Assembly: GCF_006345805.1 (NCBI RefSeq)
Contig: NW_021832128.1
Span: 1 to 64,000 of the forward strand
Direction: 5' to 3'
Origin: Octopus sinensis
Taxonomy: Eukaryota
DNA: 64,000 nucleotides
In this document: piece by piece, positions 38,502 to 50,439 of the stretch
Layout of the letters: the number at the start of each line of letters is the position of its first letter
Numbering within the stretch: position 1 is the stretch's first letter
Translations under genes and position numbers: made by a program
The notes under the pieces: model-generated
Databases searched by the model: none
Told to the model about the DNA's origin: nothing
What the model saw: the letters and a program-made list of their open reading frames with translations, nothing else

Positions 38502-39206
38502 CACTATACTTCTTCTAACATGTAACCAAAAACTCTTTTTAATGCCTATTACTATACCATATTTAAATTTTTTTTTTAAACATTTTTTATCTATATTCCA
38601 CTATTATTTTTATCTATATTCCATTATTTATGTATCTATATGTCCATGTATATTTTTAGGATTCATATATTTTTATATTTCTATATATCTCTAATATATC
38701 AATATATTTTTCAGTTTGGACAATTTTTATTTTATCTTAACTAAACTCGCATATGTCTGCCTGATTTGAACATTTTCCATTCTATCCATTATGCTTATAT
38801 ATATACATATATATATCTAGGGTTGAACAAACAGAACACAACAAGGAGAAAAAGTTAGATGAAAGTAGAGCAAACAGGAAACTAGACAAAAACTTAACAG
38901 ACAGGAAATATAGACAAAGACACAGTACACGGAATATTCGCAGCTGAGTCAATGACCCAACATATCATAGTGGTTTTGCGCCATTATTATTGAGACCACT
39001 CAATCTTAAAGGCACCAGTGCTGTTATTAGAGAGAGAGAGAGAGAGAATGTGTGTGTGTCTGTTTGTGTGTTCTTATATGTGTATTTACACATTTTTTCA
39101 ATCAAGTTATTTATTGAATACCAAGACAATTCTCGGAAAAAGACTTTGCTTGCTCCTCTTTGCCTCTTTGGATTTTTATTAGATGATAATATTACAAGTT
39201 ATATAA

Positions 39207-39312
39207 GGTGGTGAGCTGGCAGAATTGTTAGCATGCCAGGCTAAATGTTTGGTGGCATTTTGTCTATCTTTATGTTCTGAGTTCAAGTTCTGCCAAGGTC
39301 AACTTTGCCTTT
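39207..39312 (+). mobile_element. SINE head fragment (second family)
   Basis: ggtggtgagctggcagaattgttagc...gagttcaagttctgcc with degenerate Pol III boxes. Confidence 0.6.
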
Positions 39313-40197
39313 AATGACTCAGAGACACCATCTTCGTGAAAAACAATAGGTAAATGTTAAAATGATTAATGCATGGAGCATTAAAAAGCTAACTAAAAAT
39401 AATGTAGTGAGAAAAAAATAACATTATTAGCTTTAATATAGTGTTTTCCATTCTTCAGGAAGTACATGTATTAAGTATGTTTCCCAAGAACGTTGTACAG
39501 TACAAGAGACAATATGAATCTCAGAATCTTTGACCAAGTGGCTTACACTCATAAAATTGTCAAAATTAAGTTCCCTGTTAAGTTATAGAATTAAACACTA
39601 ATAGCTACAGTGATCAATCAGTATTTTAGTTTACAGATGCTCCCTACAGTTAATTAGTAGGATGCAAGGGTCTCTCCAGACCACCATATTAAGGTATTCC
39701 AAACTTAATTTGCAACAGAGTCAGGGCACTCAGTTTAACTTCTTAATTTAATTTTAAATCAAGGCTTAATTAGTCAAGAAAAGTTTCAAGAATATTTTAG
39801 ATACATTTTTCTGAAATTTGATGAGATTTCTTTTTTAATGGAATATGGTAAATAAATAGAGCTGCCCATGTTTAAAGAGAAATCACTGTAGATAACATCA
39901 AAACAGGCAACATTTTTTTCTTTAATCAGTGATATTAGCAGCTGAACACACTATAGTGAACAGCTGTAGTTGACTATTGCATGTTTATGCAATTGATAGA
40001 TAGCTAATTGAGAGCACTAATGTCTAAATTTGAAAAAGTCTCAGCTACCATGAAAAAACAAAATAAATGGATTTAAAAGAGAAAAAGTTTAAAAAATAAA
40101 TAATGGAAGTATATAAATGGAATATAAAATTGCTTTGAAATTGTTAATTCTTTTAGAAAATGCAACTACAATCAATAGATTTTTTTCTTATACTGAC

Positions 40198-40317
40198 TTG
40201 AAGACCTTCCTCTGCTTTTTTCAAAGTAATACTCAATTCATGGAAGTCAGATTCACACCCAGCACTGCTTTCATAGCTCTCCATTTTCTTCCGTAACTGA
40301 TGCACTTCATCTTGTAC
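40198..40317 (-). CDS. IQCH: Coding exon of host gene (IQCH-like, helical/coiled-coil segment)
   Basis: ttgttttatttcag|GTA CAA ... CTT CAA|gtcagt; 120 bp, phase 0-0; VQDEVHQLRKKMESYESSAGCESDFHELSITLKKAEEGLQ. The pattern matches human IQCH IHEDLYQLKEKL...DIQSLETAIKRTEVGLR as recalled. Confidence 0.75.
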
Positions 40318-41020
40318 CTGAAATAAACAAAACAACAATTTATACACTTTATATATGAACACATTTAAAGTTACTATCAAGGAATTTTTTATTAAAACAT
40401 AACTTCAAGAGATGAGCATGTTAGAGAACAGAAACATTGTAAATCCAGCCTTTCTTGAAGTTTAATTAAATTTAATAATCTGTCACACATTGCTTCATTA
40501 AATTTGTAAACAACTAAATGATACTTTCATCCTAAATATGTCACATCAATCCATACCCATTCAATGTATTTGTTAACTCTCCTACTTTTATCAGTTTTAC
40601 TGTTTCATTCCCAGGACCCAGTATCAAGATTTTTTCTTATCTTCTTTTTTTCTTTAGAAGTGCATTCCTCTGAAACTTCCTACTTTTTTTCTATTTTACT
40701 TAGTAAACAGTTCAAACTGAATATTAAACATACCCTCTTCCTCAGTCTAGAAAAGCCTATCAAGGCTATGGTCATTTCTCCTTGTCCACTGATTAACTAA
40801 TAAAAATAATTACAAAAAGTAATAATTACATAAAAATCAGTCTAGGCAGTGATATCATACAGCAGCAACTAGTATCACTTATAATGTATAATTCTATATT
40901 TTTTTCTTTTACATGTTTCAGTCACATGAATAATTTTTTCCATTGACCAAAAGTAAGTTTTCAATGAGTTAAGTCTGCTAAGCAATAATTCCCTGTTGAA
41001 AAATATTTCACTTAACTTAC

Positions 41021-41072
41021 ACTGCTAATATCTTCTTCTGCAGCCTGTGAAATATAGAGCCTTCTGCCTAGT
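41021..41072 (-). CDS. Probable upstream exon of the same host gene
   Basis: Strong sites tttttttttgttttag|ACT...AGT|gtaagt; 52 bp (1 nt + LGRRLYISQAAEEDISS), ending in phase 0 and compatible with the next exon. It has no ATG, so the start codon would lie in an unidentified upstream exon; it could be a 5' UTR exon. Confidence 0.5.
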
Positions 41073-42319
41073 CTAAAACAAAAAAAAATAAAATAAAATA
41101 AATAAGATAAAATTTTGCTAATTATTTTGATTTGCTCATTATATTGTCAGTAAAATTGAAGTTTACCACCAATACCACAACTATATCCTTATCACATGAG
41201 AAAGATCCGTGAAGCTTGTCAGCTACAGTTTTAAATAAATGATAAATCTTGTTGTGGATATGATGTTGAACATTGGAATTAACTTCATCTATGACAGTAA
41301 CTGAATTCAACAAACTAAGTTGCTATATTGTACGCAGCAATGAACTCTACCTCCTCAGCACCCCATAACCAGCAACTGGGCCATTTCAGAAATAAGTATC
41401 TTGCTACAGATACAATGCAGGAGCAGTGACAGTTGAGCTGGTTGCCTACTACTGTCTCAGTAATTTTAGTTTCTTTGATGTTGAAAATACAAGGCTGTCA
41501 ATGGTATTAGTAGCAATTGAATTTTGGCAATGCCAAATGTTTAATATTTTACACATTATTCAGAGCAGATTAACATAGCATACACTGTAAGAGATTTTAA
41601 CACATCTGCCAGCATCAGTTAAAAACAGAACACTTGATGTGCCCTGTTTAAAATGCCAGATATTTTAATTTTTTTCATATGATATTATGGTGCCCCAATC
41701 CATTTTTTACATGTTATAACACAAAGGGAATTATTATTGCTTTTGTCTATGTCAATGTGTTTAAGCAGACCTACAATCAAAGATATTCCAGCTAGGAGCA
41801 TTCCAGGCTTTTGTATACCTACAATATGACCTTCCATTTCATGAGGCAGTAAAGTATGATTTTAGGAAGATTTTGCTATATCTATCAGATTGTGTGACTA
41901 CAAAGACTCTTTCATCATCTACTACTATTATTGCTACAACAGCAGCAGAAGAAAAAGAAAAAGCAACTAAACTGATAACAACACTTGTTCAAAGATGAGA
42001 CAAACCACAGATATATAATTAATAGGGGAGAAACCACTCGACCTTGAGCACATTCTTCAAAATTGGCATCTTTGCAATAATTTTTTTATTCCCTTGTGCA
42101 ATTAAAGTCAAATCTGTAATTTTTTCATTAATCATATGGCCTTGGAAGAACTTTCTAGAGTCATTACTTTATTTGACCAATCACCCATTTTTTAGAACTA
42201 TCTGCTCAATCTCGAGTGATGTGTTGGTGGCTGCTGACATTTGAAGAACCAAAACAAACCCTGACATCATAACCTCTCGACACAGGATGATCCTGTTTCA
42301 TCGCTTTCATGTCACAACT

Positions 42320-43165
42320 CTGCCCCTGGGAGCTTCTCTACATTGATGACCTTGTTCTTATAGCTGAATCACTATCTGACCTAGAGAAGAAATTTCAGGT
42401 GTGGAAATATGGCATGAAATCTAATGGCTTTAGAGTTAATTTAACTCCTAGTGAGTATGAAAACAGACAATTCACAAGTCCCTTCAGGTTGATGGCCCTG
42501 CTCAATATGTAAGAAGGGTGTTGGTAGAAACTCCATAAGTTGTACTCAGTGCTAGTTTTGGACATATAAAAAATGTAGTGGTATCACAGGAAGGTTAATG
42601 AAGAAAATAGTCTTTGTGTGTGGCAAATGTGTGGATACAATAAGCACTAAAAATGCACAGACAATAGACTCCCTTAAATGCTTAGAAGTAGTAGATAGCT
42701 TCTATTACCTAGGTGACCAAGTTAGCAGTGTAGTTACTAGAATAAGAATGGGCTGGGTAAAGTTCAGAGAGCTACTACCTTTGTTGGTAACTAAGGGCCT
42801 CACCCTCAGAGTGAAAGCCAAACTGTATGATGTCTACATATGTACAGCTATAATACATGGTAGTGAAGCATGGGCTTTGACTAGAAGAGGACTTGTGAAG
42901 GCTTGAAAGAAATGAAGTTAGTATGCTCCGCTGGATGGATAATGTCAATGTTTTCACATGACAGAGCATTGAACACAAGAGAGAAGACTGCACCAGTTTG
43001 GTCATGTGCTGCGTATGGATGAGGACAGCTGCATAAAGAAGTGCCAAGCTCTAATTGTGGAAAGGGTAGATCCAGAAAGATGTGGGATAAAGTGGTGAGA
43101 AAGAATCTTTGGATGCTGGGTCTCACTGAGGAAATGACAAGGGACTAGGAGTTGTGGCGATTTGT
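42320..43165 (+). mobile_element. RTE LINE RT 3' fragment
   Basis: CPWELLYIDDL, WPCSICKKGVGRNSISCTQC, VVDSFYYLG, HGSEAW. Confidence 0.88.
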
Positions 43166-43169
43166 TGTA

Positions 43170-43510
43170 CATTATGGTGGACTGGCTACATCGTACAGCA
43201 AGCTTATGCAGAACTCATGCAAACAAAGGCGGTCTAAACTGAGATACAAGGAAAAGTAACCTCAAATGGAGTGGCATTACTTTACATGAACTTGAAGCCT
43301 ATGCCACAGTCAGGTCAGTGTTGAGGTTTCTCATCTCACAAGCAGTAGCTGCCTTCAAAGATGCCCAGTGACAACATCTCACTGCTGCAAGAAACAGATA
43401 TTACAGGGCAGTGTCCACCTCAATCCAGTCAAAAGACTATCACTGTGATATCTGTGGACACCTATGTGCTTCTAGCTTTGGATTGTTCTCATCACTGAGA
43501 ACACAGTATT
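43170..43510 (+). mobile_element. BovB-like RTE 3' end fragment with C-terminal zinc finger
   Basis: KLRYKE...YHCDICGHLCASSFGLFS. Confidence 0.6.
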
Positions 43511-43762
43511 TGACATCATTTGTCACTGTAGCAGCACAAGCAGTCAGCGCCATATTGGATGAGATCATGCAGCAGCCATTACCATCTCCGAGACTGGAGC
43601 GAGACCTCACCTGCATCCATTTGTTATGTGCAAGATCAAAATGAGGCTAGCGATGGTGAACTGGATATAAGGGCCCAACAAAAACAGATTCACTCTCTTT
43701 TCACCACAAGTGCTTGCTGAGCACACTGCACTGGCTGGGTCTCCAAGCTAGTCCTGTTTACA

Positions 43763-44880
43763 TGTTGTATCTCCAGAGGCAATAGGCCCACGTTAACAGA
43801 GATACAACAAAACACACACAGCTTGAGATGGTATGCTGAGAGCAACACACTTTACCTATTCTGTGAAACTTGTAAATAAACTGGTTATGAATTGCATTTG
43901 TATTTAAAGACTTCTTTCCTTGTCTGCTGGAGCCTGAACTACACAAAGAACAATATTTGATGGGAAAAGGCAATATTCACCCGATATCGTAAACCTTGTC
44001 TCCCATTATAAAATGGTGACCCCGACATGATTCAAACACGCAGCCTGATGTTCGCACAGTCATTTTCCAAATCGGTGACCCAGTGCCAGCTTCATGACCA
44101 ACTGTTCTTTCTAATTTCACCTCTTCGCTACAGATATGTCTACCTTTTATCGTCTATTTTGTCTTCCACAAAAATACTGGTGGGGAGCTATCTGGAGCGT
44201 ACAACTTGAGGGAAATTCCTCTTTCTCTGTTATATATACATAAATATGGACGTAGTAGATAACAACTAGTCTTCGGCCACCCTTTTGGACCCTGTTGTGT
44301 CCACTACTCTGATTGGTTGGTATTGGGGCAATTTGTCTCTTGCTCTATTGCGTGCCAAGATGCAACCCAACCAATCACAGCCTTCTGACAAGGTCACATG
44401 AGACAGTCTCTTCTAAACCTCAGTTTGTGCTGACTGCACCATATAAAATGCTAGCTCCACACCGTCTCGATGTCTTTCGGTTCCAGACCTTTTAAGGTCT
44501 AGCCACTGACTACACAGAGAACACAGCCAGTTCCAGTGATGACACAACAGCAGCCACATGGAGACTTATCAACACTCTTCCAACAGCATACGGCAATCTC
44601 TTTCTTCATCGCCTCCATCTTCTTAACGTAATCAACATCATCTCTCTACATACACAGCAACCAGCAACACTCACACAGGTTTCTATCACAACACTGTTTG
44701 TGAATTAATTCACCATGGTTAGCAGCAAATACAACCTGTGAGAACTTCCTGTATCAAGTGACTGGCAGCAGCATCGTATCCCCAACTTCTTGTACAACAG
44801 TACCTCAACCGGCTCTGCTTCTTCGCCACAACTTCTTGATACAGAACTTCAACTATCGTGTACCTTGACTACAAACTGGT
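43763..44880 (+). mobile_element. Gypsy 5' remnant: LTR-like segment, tRNA-Trp PBS, decayed gag/protease
   Basis: AATAAA in the putative LTR; PBS at 44014-44045 complementary to the tRNA-Trp 3' end including CCA; faint CFYH... and LDT..LS motifs. Confidence 0.6.
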
Positions 44881-46049
44881 ATTTATCATCCTTATGTCTG
44901 AACATTCTTCTAACATCATATTATAGACTCTTTCAATGTTCTGTACTTAATGCACACACATACACTTAGTATACATGATGGACTGTCTATTATTATGTAT
45001 ATATGACGCACACACAGACACACATGTTAACCTATCAATAAAATCTTCTCTTAAACATTCTACTCAGTTGTGTCTCTCTTTTCCTTCTGGAACATATACT
45101 CATTTATCCTTTTCATATTTATTGTATCGACCGTGTGATGTGCAAAGGAGCCATTCTCGTCACCTCTCCTTCACCCAGTCATTTACAAAATGGACTACTA
45201 ACATATAAGTGGAGGTAGAAGTATGGCTTTGTTTTTAAGAAATCTACTTCTCAGCTATATAATTTCAGGTACAATACTTCTGAATGACACCTTGGAAAAG
45301 TGTCTTCTATCATTGATTTAAGTTGACCAAACCTTTACAAGTGAAATTTTTGAGATAAAAACTGTGGAAACCCACTGGATGAATTGTTTCTCTTTTTGGA
45401 AGCTAAATTTAATTTTTGCTTAGGTTAACACTACTGCCTTTGGGAGCTTTTGATTGATACCATTCTGCTGCAAGTATTTTGTCCAGATCCCTGGTCTTTG
45501 GAAAATTTCCATCCTTCCTGCCACTAGTCTAAGAAGATCAATGCTGATTTCTTTCTATGATAAAGATAAATGCATACAAGCACATACATATGCATACAAA
45601 ACACCTCCTCTCCACCCATGCACCCCACACACACACACACATACATACATAAAAAGACTATGTACGTTTAAATACAATTGTAGAATTAAAAACAAGCTGA
45701 TAGGAAAAATTACCCAAGCTGTGAAAACTTTAAATTTAATTCTGACAAAATTTTGTTGAAACTTTTGAAGAAGATCTTTGTCTATTCTGAAAAACAAATA
45801 CAAATATCAGTGAATAGACAAAATCATCATGGCTAAATGTATAGGTCTCCTTCAACCACATCAGGATTACAGTCACTGTGTGCAATACAGCTACAATATT
45901 AACAAAGATTTATTTGAAGCATATATACAATCTGACCCCAGTGAAGTTTAAAAAATTTGTGGAACTCCTAACATACAGAATTAGATGTTTTCCCCAAAAC
46001 ATTTAAATGGACAAGCAAAATGTACCATTACATGTAAACTGGTATATCT

Positions 46050-48200
46050 AATGGAAATGTCTGATTCAAAGCAGGCTGACACTACAAAGCCAGCCATTGA
46101 AGATAATTATCCCACTTCCACTAATGGACAGACAGAATGATCAGCTAAGTCTAACAGTAAACAACGCAACGGCAATTTAGCTGAAACCAATACTGATACA
46201 ATACTAACAGAACACCAAAAACTTGTGGATAACTTACAAGTAATCTGGAATGTGATGTTTCAACAGGCTCACAATCTTAAATTGAATGACAGATCATACA
46301 ACACCAGTATAAGAAAAGAACCCAGTAAATTAAAATTAAAGGCAGTAAACAAAATAGCAAATAAATATCTAAAGACCACAGAGTCCAGAGGTATGAAAAC
46401 AACCTATGAAACCATTAACCTTTTGACATATGTCTCAACTATTACATTACTTGTATCTCACAAAAAGCTGAAGCCATACAATCAAAATTTATGCAGAAAG
46501 CCTGAAACAGCATGGGCACATAACTTAAGAAATAAAATTTTAGTCCAGTGAAAAAGTATCTCACAGATCACTGTAGTTATATACTGTAACACAGGGAACA
46601 ACTTCACGCATGATCAAGAAGATTTCAGGAAAAAACTAGAGAAATAATTTGGTGACAGGATTTAAAAACCTGAAACAGCAACTCACACCTAGAGCTGAAA
46701 AAAACTAAAATATAAATCTACAACATATGAATGGCAAATGCTCGATAAATCATTTACCAGGGATCTCAAAGACAGCCTTATTGCAGCTTCAATGCAAAAG
46801 ACTCAATCTCTGTAAAAGACCTCACACACACACACACAAAATTAGGTTGAGGACTACAAGAGATCTGTATAGGAAATAAATGAGGAATTCAACAAACAAG
46901 CTGTGTGGCTAAAAGAACTGGAGCAGGACTACTGCAAGCATGTCCAGCAACAACAAAGTGAAATGGATGGGGAAATACTGCAAACAGTTCCACAAAAAAT
47001 GTCAAACAGGAAATCCCTAAGCCCAGACCTCATAAGTTACTGGCTGAAGAATTTCATCTGTTATGACGAGATCTTATACAGTTGTATGGAGAAAGTACTG
47101 AGCACACACAAGAACTGTCCCAATGGTTACCAACTGCAACTCATCTTCTCATCTCCACAAATAGCCAAACTATCCTTACTAAAAATTACCACCTACCAGA
47201 ACATCAGGTACAAATGGTACAGTGTATGCTTCAATCTATTCTTGCAGAATCATTGTGCCACCAACAACATTATAACATATGAGCAAGCTGAAAGAAAATG
47301 CAGATGTGGGGATGTATAGAGCTACTAATAAATAAAATGATCCAGGAAGGAAGAGAAAAATATCACAGGAACTTAACTGTAGTGTGGTTGACTACCAGAA
47401 GGCTTTTGACAGTATATCACAAGGGCTTTACAATTATTCAAAGTCCCATAGCTACTAATAACTGCTATTGAATACCTGACCAAGACTTGGTATACCACTT
47501 TGCTCCTTAGGAGTGATAAGGAATAAATTGAGTCAGATAGCATTCACTATTAAAAAGACATCTTTCAGAGTGATAGCCTGTCAATACTGTACTTTGTCCT
47601 CTCATTAAAGCCACTTTTATACCAGCTCACCAAGTGCAGTAGCACCAGAAATGTCTCCCATCATTTCTTTGTCAATGACCTGAAACTGTATGGGCCAAAT
47701 ATCAACCACATATAGAAAACAATTGGACCTCAGTACCTAATTTTCTACAGACATTGGAATGAAATTTGATTAGTTCAAATGTGCATTTTTGACAATAAAA
47801 TGTGAAACGGTTGTGCCAAGAAATGAACAGCTTGACAATACAACCTCTACAGTCAGGTGACGATTATAGGTACCTTGGACAGGATGTGAATGTCAGATAT
47901 GATGAACTCCATAAATAAAGAGAGGGGTCCAAGAATAAATATATCCAGAGAGTAAAGAGAATATGGCCATTAGAACTCTCAGCTTGCTCACAACACTTTT
48001 GCAGTGACAGTCCTCATACCTATTGTTGGTCTTCTGCATTAGTCATTACAATAACTCAATGAAGTAGATGTTCAAATTTGCATGCTGTTCATTGTTACAG
48101 GAAACTTCACCATCAACCGAAATGCACAAGGATAGTGGTCATGGTCTCAAATCTGTATTAATGTTATATGAAGCACATATTTTGACACTGAAACATCTGC
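46050..48200 (+). mobile_element. Dong/R4-type LINE, N-terminal region and RT, decayed
   Basis: DYQKAFDSI, IFQSDSL, FVNDLKLY, DIGMKF; homologous to 10330-12285. Confidence 0.82.
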
Positions 48201-48399
48201 ATCAGTAACTATCTTGCCCCAGTATCTCATTACCATCTTTCTGAAAAGGCTGTGCAAGCCTTTTGATTGCAGTAAAATTACTACAGCCTCATGGTTCAAA
48301 ACATAAGTGCAAAGACAGAAAATGGTGGGCCATAGATTGCATGCAGTAAGTGATACAGAGATATTGAATTTGCTAGTAGATGTTTGAATTTCACAGGCT

Positions 48400-49230
48400 T
48401 TTTTACAACATCACATCATTTACTGCCTGCAACTCTCACTGGACCTTAACTTTGCACTCTTTGAAATTTTTCTCTAGTCTCCAAGACAGCAATTTGTGAA
48501 GTACCACTTCCTTTTCTTCCAACAACTTTGTTATCTTTGGACTAGTCCTGGTGTTTTCTTTCAATAAATCCAAACGTAGAAGTAGCTTCATAGAGCTGTT
48601 TATTAAAACTTATGTGTGGATCACCATTGTTATTTAGATTGATCACTTGAAGTGCTTCATGGTACTGTCCAAGCTTTTCAGGGCAGTTTAATTTAGAAAC
48701 AACAATTTGTTTAGGTGCCTTTTTACTGTCACATCCCAGCTTCTTACAGATAGTGATTGCCAAGGAAGCACACAAAAGTCTATGGTTCATCTAACATTGA
48801 ATCCAACTCCACATGTACTAGAAAGATTTTATATCTCATAGGTCTTTTCTACAGACAATTACATAATTGAGAAAGTGCTAGTAACCTGAACATGGAAACG
48901 TCCAAGCAGCCCTATATTCCTCCGTCTGCCTGAACCAGGTATTTGTTATCCCTAGCTCTAACTCCTAGCACAGCTGTAACAGGAGTATCCCATTTGCTGC
49001 TTTTCACTTCCCCGTTCCGTGACTTCCTATGCTACTCCAAAGTTCATAATCATGTCCCACACAGGCATTTAGATCCCTCAGAAGTACAAGTTTGTCATTC
49101 TTATCAACATTTCTCAGAATTGTTCTCAGATCATCATAAAAGCTGTTTATGTCATCCTGGGAACTAAAAAGAGTTGACACATAAACACTAATCATTGTCA
49201 TAAATTATTTTGAGTTGAGTTTCAACTGCA
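48400..49230 (-). mobile_element. BovB-like RTE endonuclease fragment
   Basis: ISVYVSTL...FYDDL...DKLVLLRDLNACVG; NHRLLCA. Confidence 0.75.
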
Positions 49231-50267
49231 GTGTCATTATATGTGCAGAGAACCTTGAGGAAGTTCAGTCAAATCCTACACTAAGTGCATTTTAACATCA
49301 AAATAGACACCAACTTTTTGATGTAGATTGTCTGACCTTCCCTTTGTAAAATAATATGTAGCTTGACTCTGGCTCTTCTAACTGGCTATCATTCTGAGAG
49401 TGCAACTACATTGAGAGTTATATCAAGAAAATTCCCTATATATAAAAGTAGTAGAGTGCTCAGGATGACTGAGCACTTATTTTTCCAGCATGCAACCTTA
49501 AGATTTGATATTTTCAAGGATGTCATTTGTCCATGATTTGATACAAAGGTTTGTTGATCATTTGTATTTTTCCCACATGATTGAACAACTGCTAGTTTGG
49601 TAGTGGCAAGCTTTGTTTAGAGACCAACTTTTCTAGGTCTGTCCTGCCAGCAGGTGAGAAGTGCTATCTCTGAAAAGGGTTGCTTAGTCACTCAGGGTGC
49701 TGTTAAATCTCTCTATCACCACTTTTGAAGATGAAGTGACCAATATCCCAATTTACCTACAAGCAGGTTAGCAATTACATACTCCCAGCTTGTTATACTT
49801 GTATGCTTCACTAAACTCCCATTACTGCAGAGCATTTTGTACATCCATGTGTTGTTCCAAGAATCCAAGAAGTTCCTGTGTGTGTATTTATTTTAAGTGA
49901 ATAAAGTGTTGCACAGCACTGAACCCACTTTCAGCACAACCAACTATAACACCAGTGGCACAAAAGCAGTTGAGCTGACTAGAAAACCAACTGCACTTCA
50001 GGTTTTTTATATGAGTTTCCCTTCTCCTAAAAGGTAGTTCTAATAAGAATTAGGTATCCTTCACTTCTAGTGGTCAGGAGAGTTCATCCATTTTGTGACA
50101 AGTTTTGTTTTATATCCTACAGGATGTCCAACAAAAATTGCTTTTTTTACCAAGTAGGCTTAGTAGGGTTGCCAATTTAATCACCAACCATGCACTAACT
50201 GTGCAATAAGTTGTACTAGCTTACATGTTACCTGTAGTACTAAGAGTGACCTGACATACATGCATAC

Positions 50268-50268
<1 letters not shown>

Positions 50269-50298
<30 letters not shown>

Positions 50299-50351
50299 TG
50301 TATGTATGTATGTATGTATGTATGTATGTATGTATGTATGTATGTATGTAC
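50269..50351. repeat. (TATG)n microsatellite
   Basis: Direct inspection. Confidence 0.95.
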
Positions 50352-50439
50352 GTACATACATATGTACATATATATGTATGATGCTAAGGGTATGCATGAG
50401 ATGTAAAAGTGTCTTTACCTATTTACAACATTCTCAAAG

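Larger units (their letters stand above)
1265..40197 (-). other. 38.9-kb TE-filled intron of the host gene
   Basis: GT...AG boundaries between two phase-0-compatible exons; no convincing intervening in-frame exon found by eye. Confidence 0.6.

Noticed and set aside
38401-38514. 114-bp minus-strand exon-like segment (ttag|…|gtatga, open in one frame)
   Set aside because: Phase 2-2 is incompatible with the phase-0 intron it lies in, and the sequence is better explained as a hammerhead-bearing repeat remnant on the plus strand.
44014-44045. tRNA-Trp gene
   Set aside because: Only the 3' 32 nt match and they include the CCA complement; there is no D-arm or anticodon arm, so it is a PBS.
45714-45786. 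73-bp minus-strand exon-like segment (IDKDLLQKFQQNF…)
   Set aside because: It ends in phase 0 while the next candidate exon starts in phase 2, and the peptide is unrecognisable. It could only be a UTR exon and cannot be supported without RNA data.
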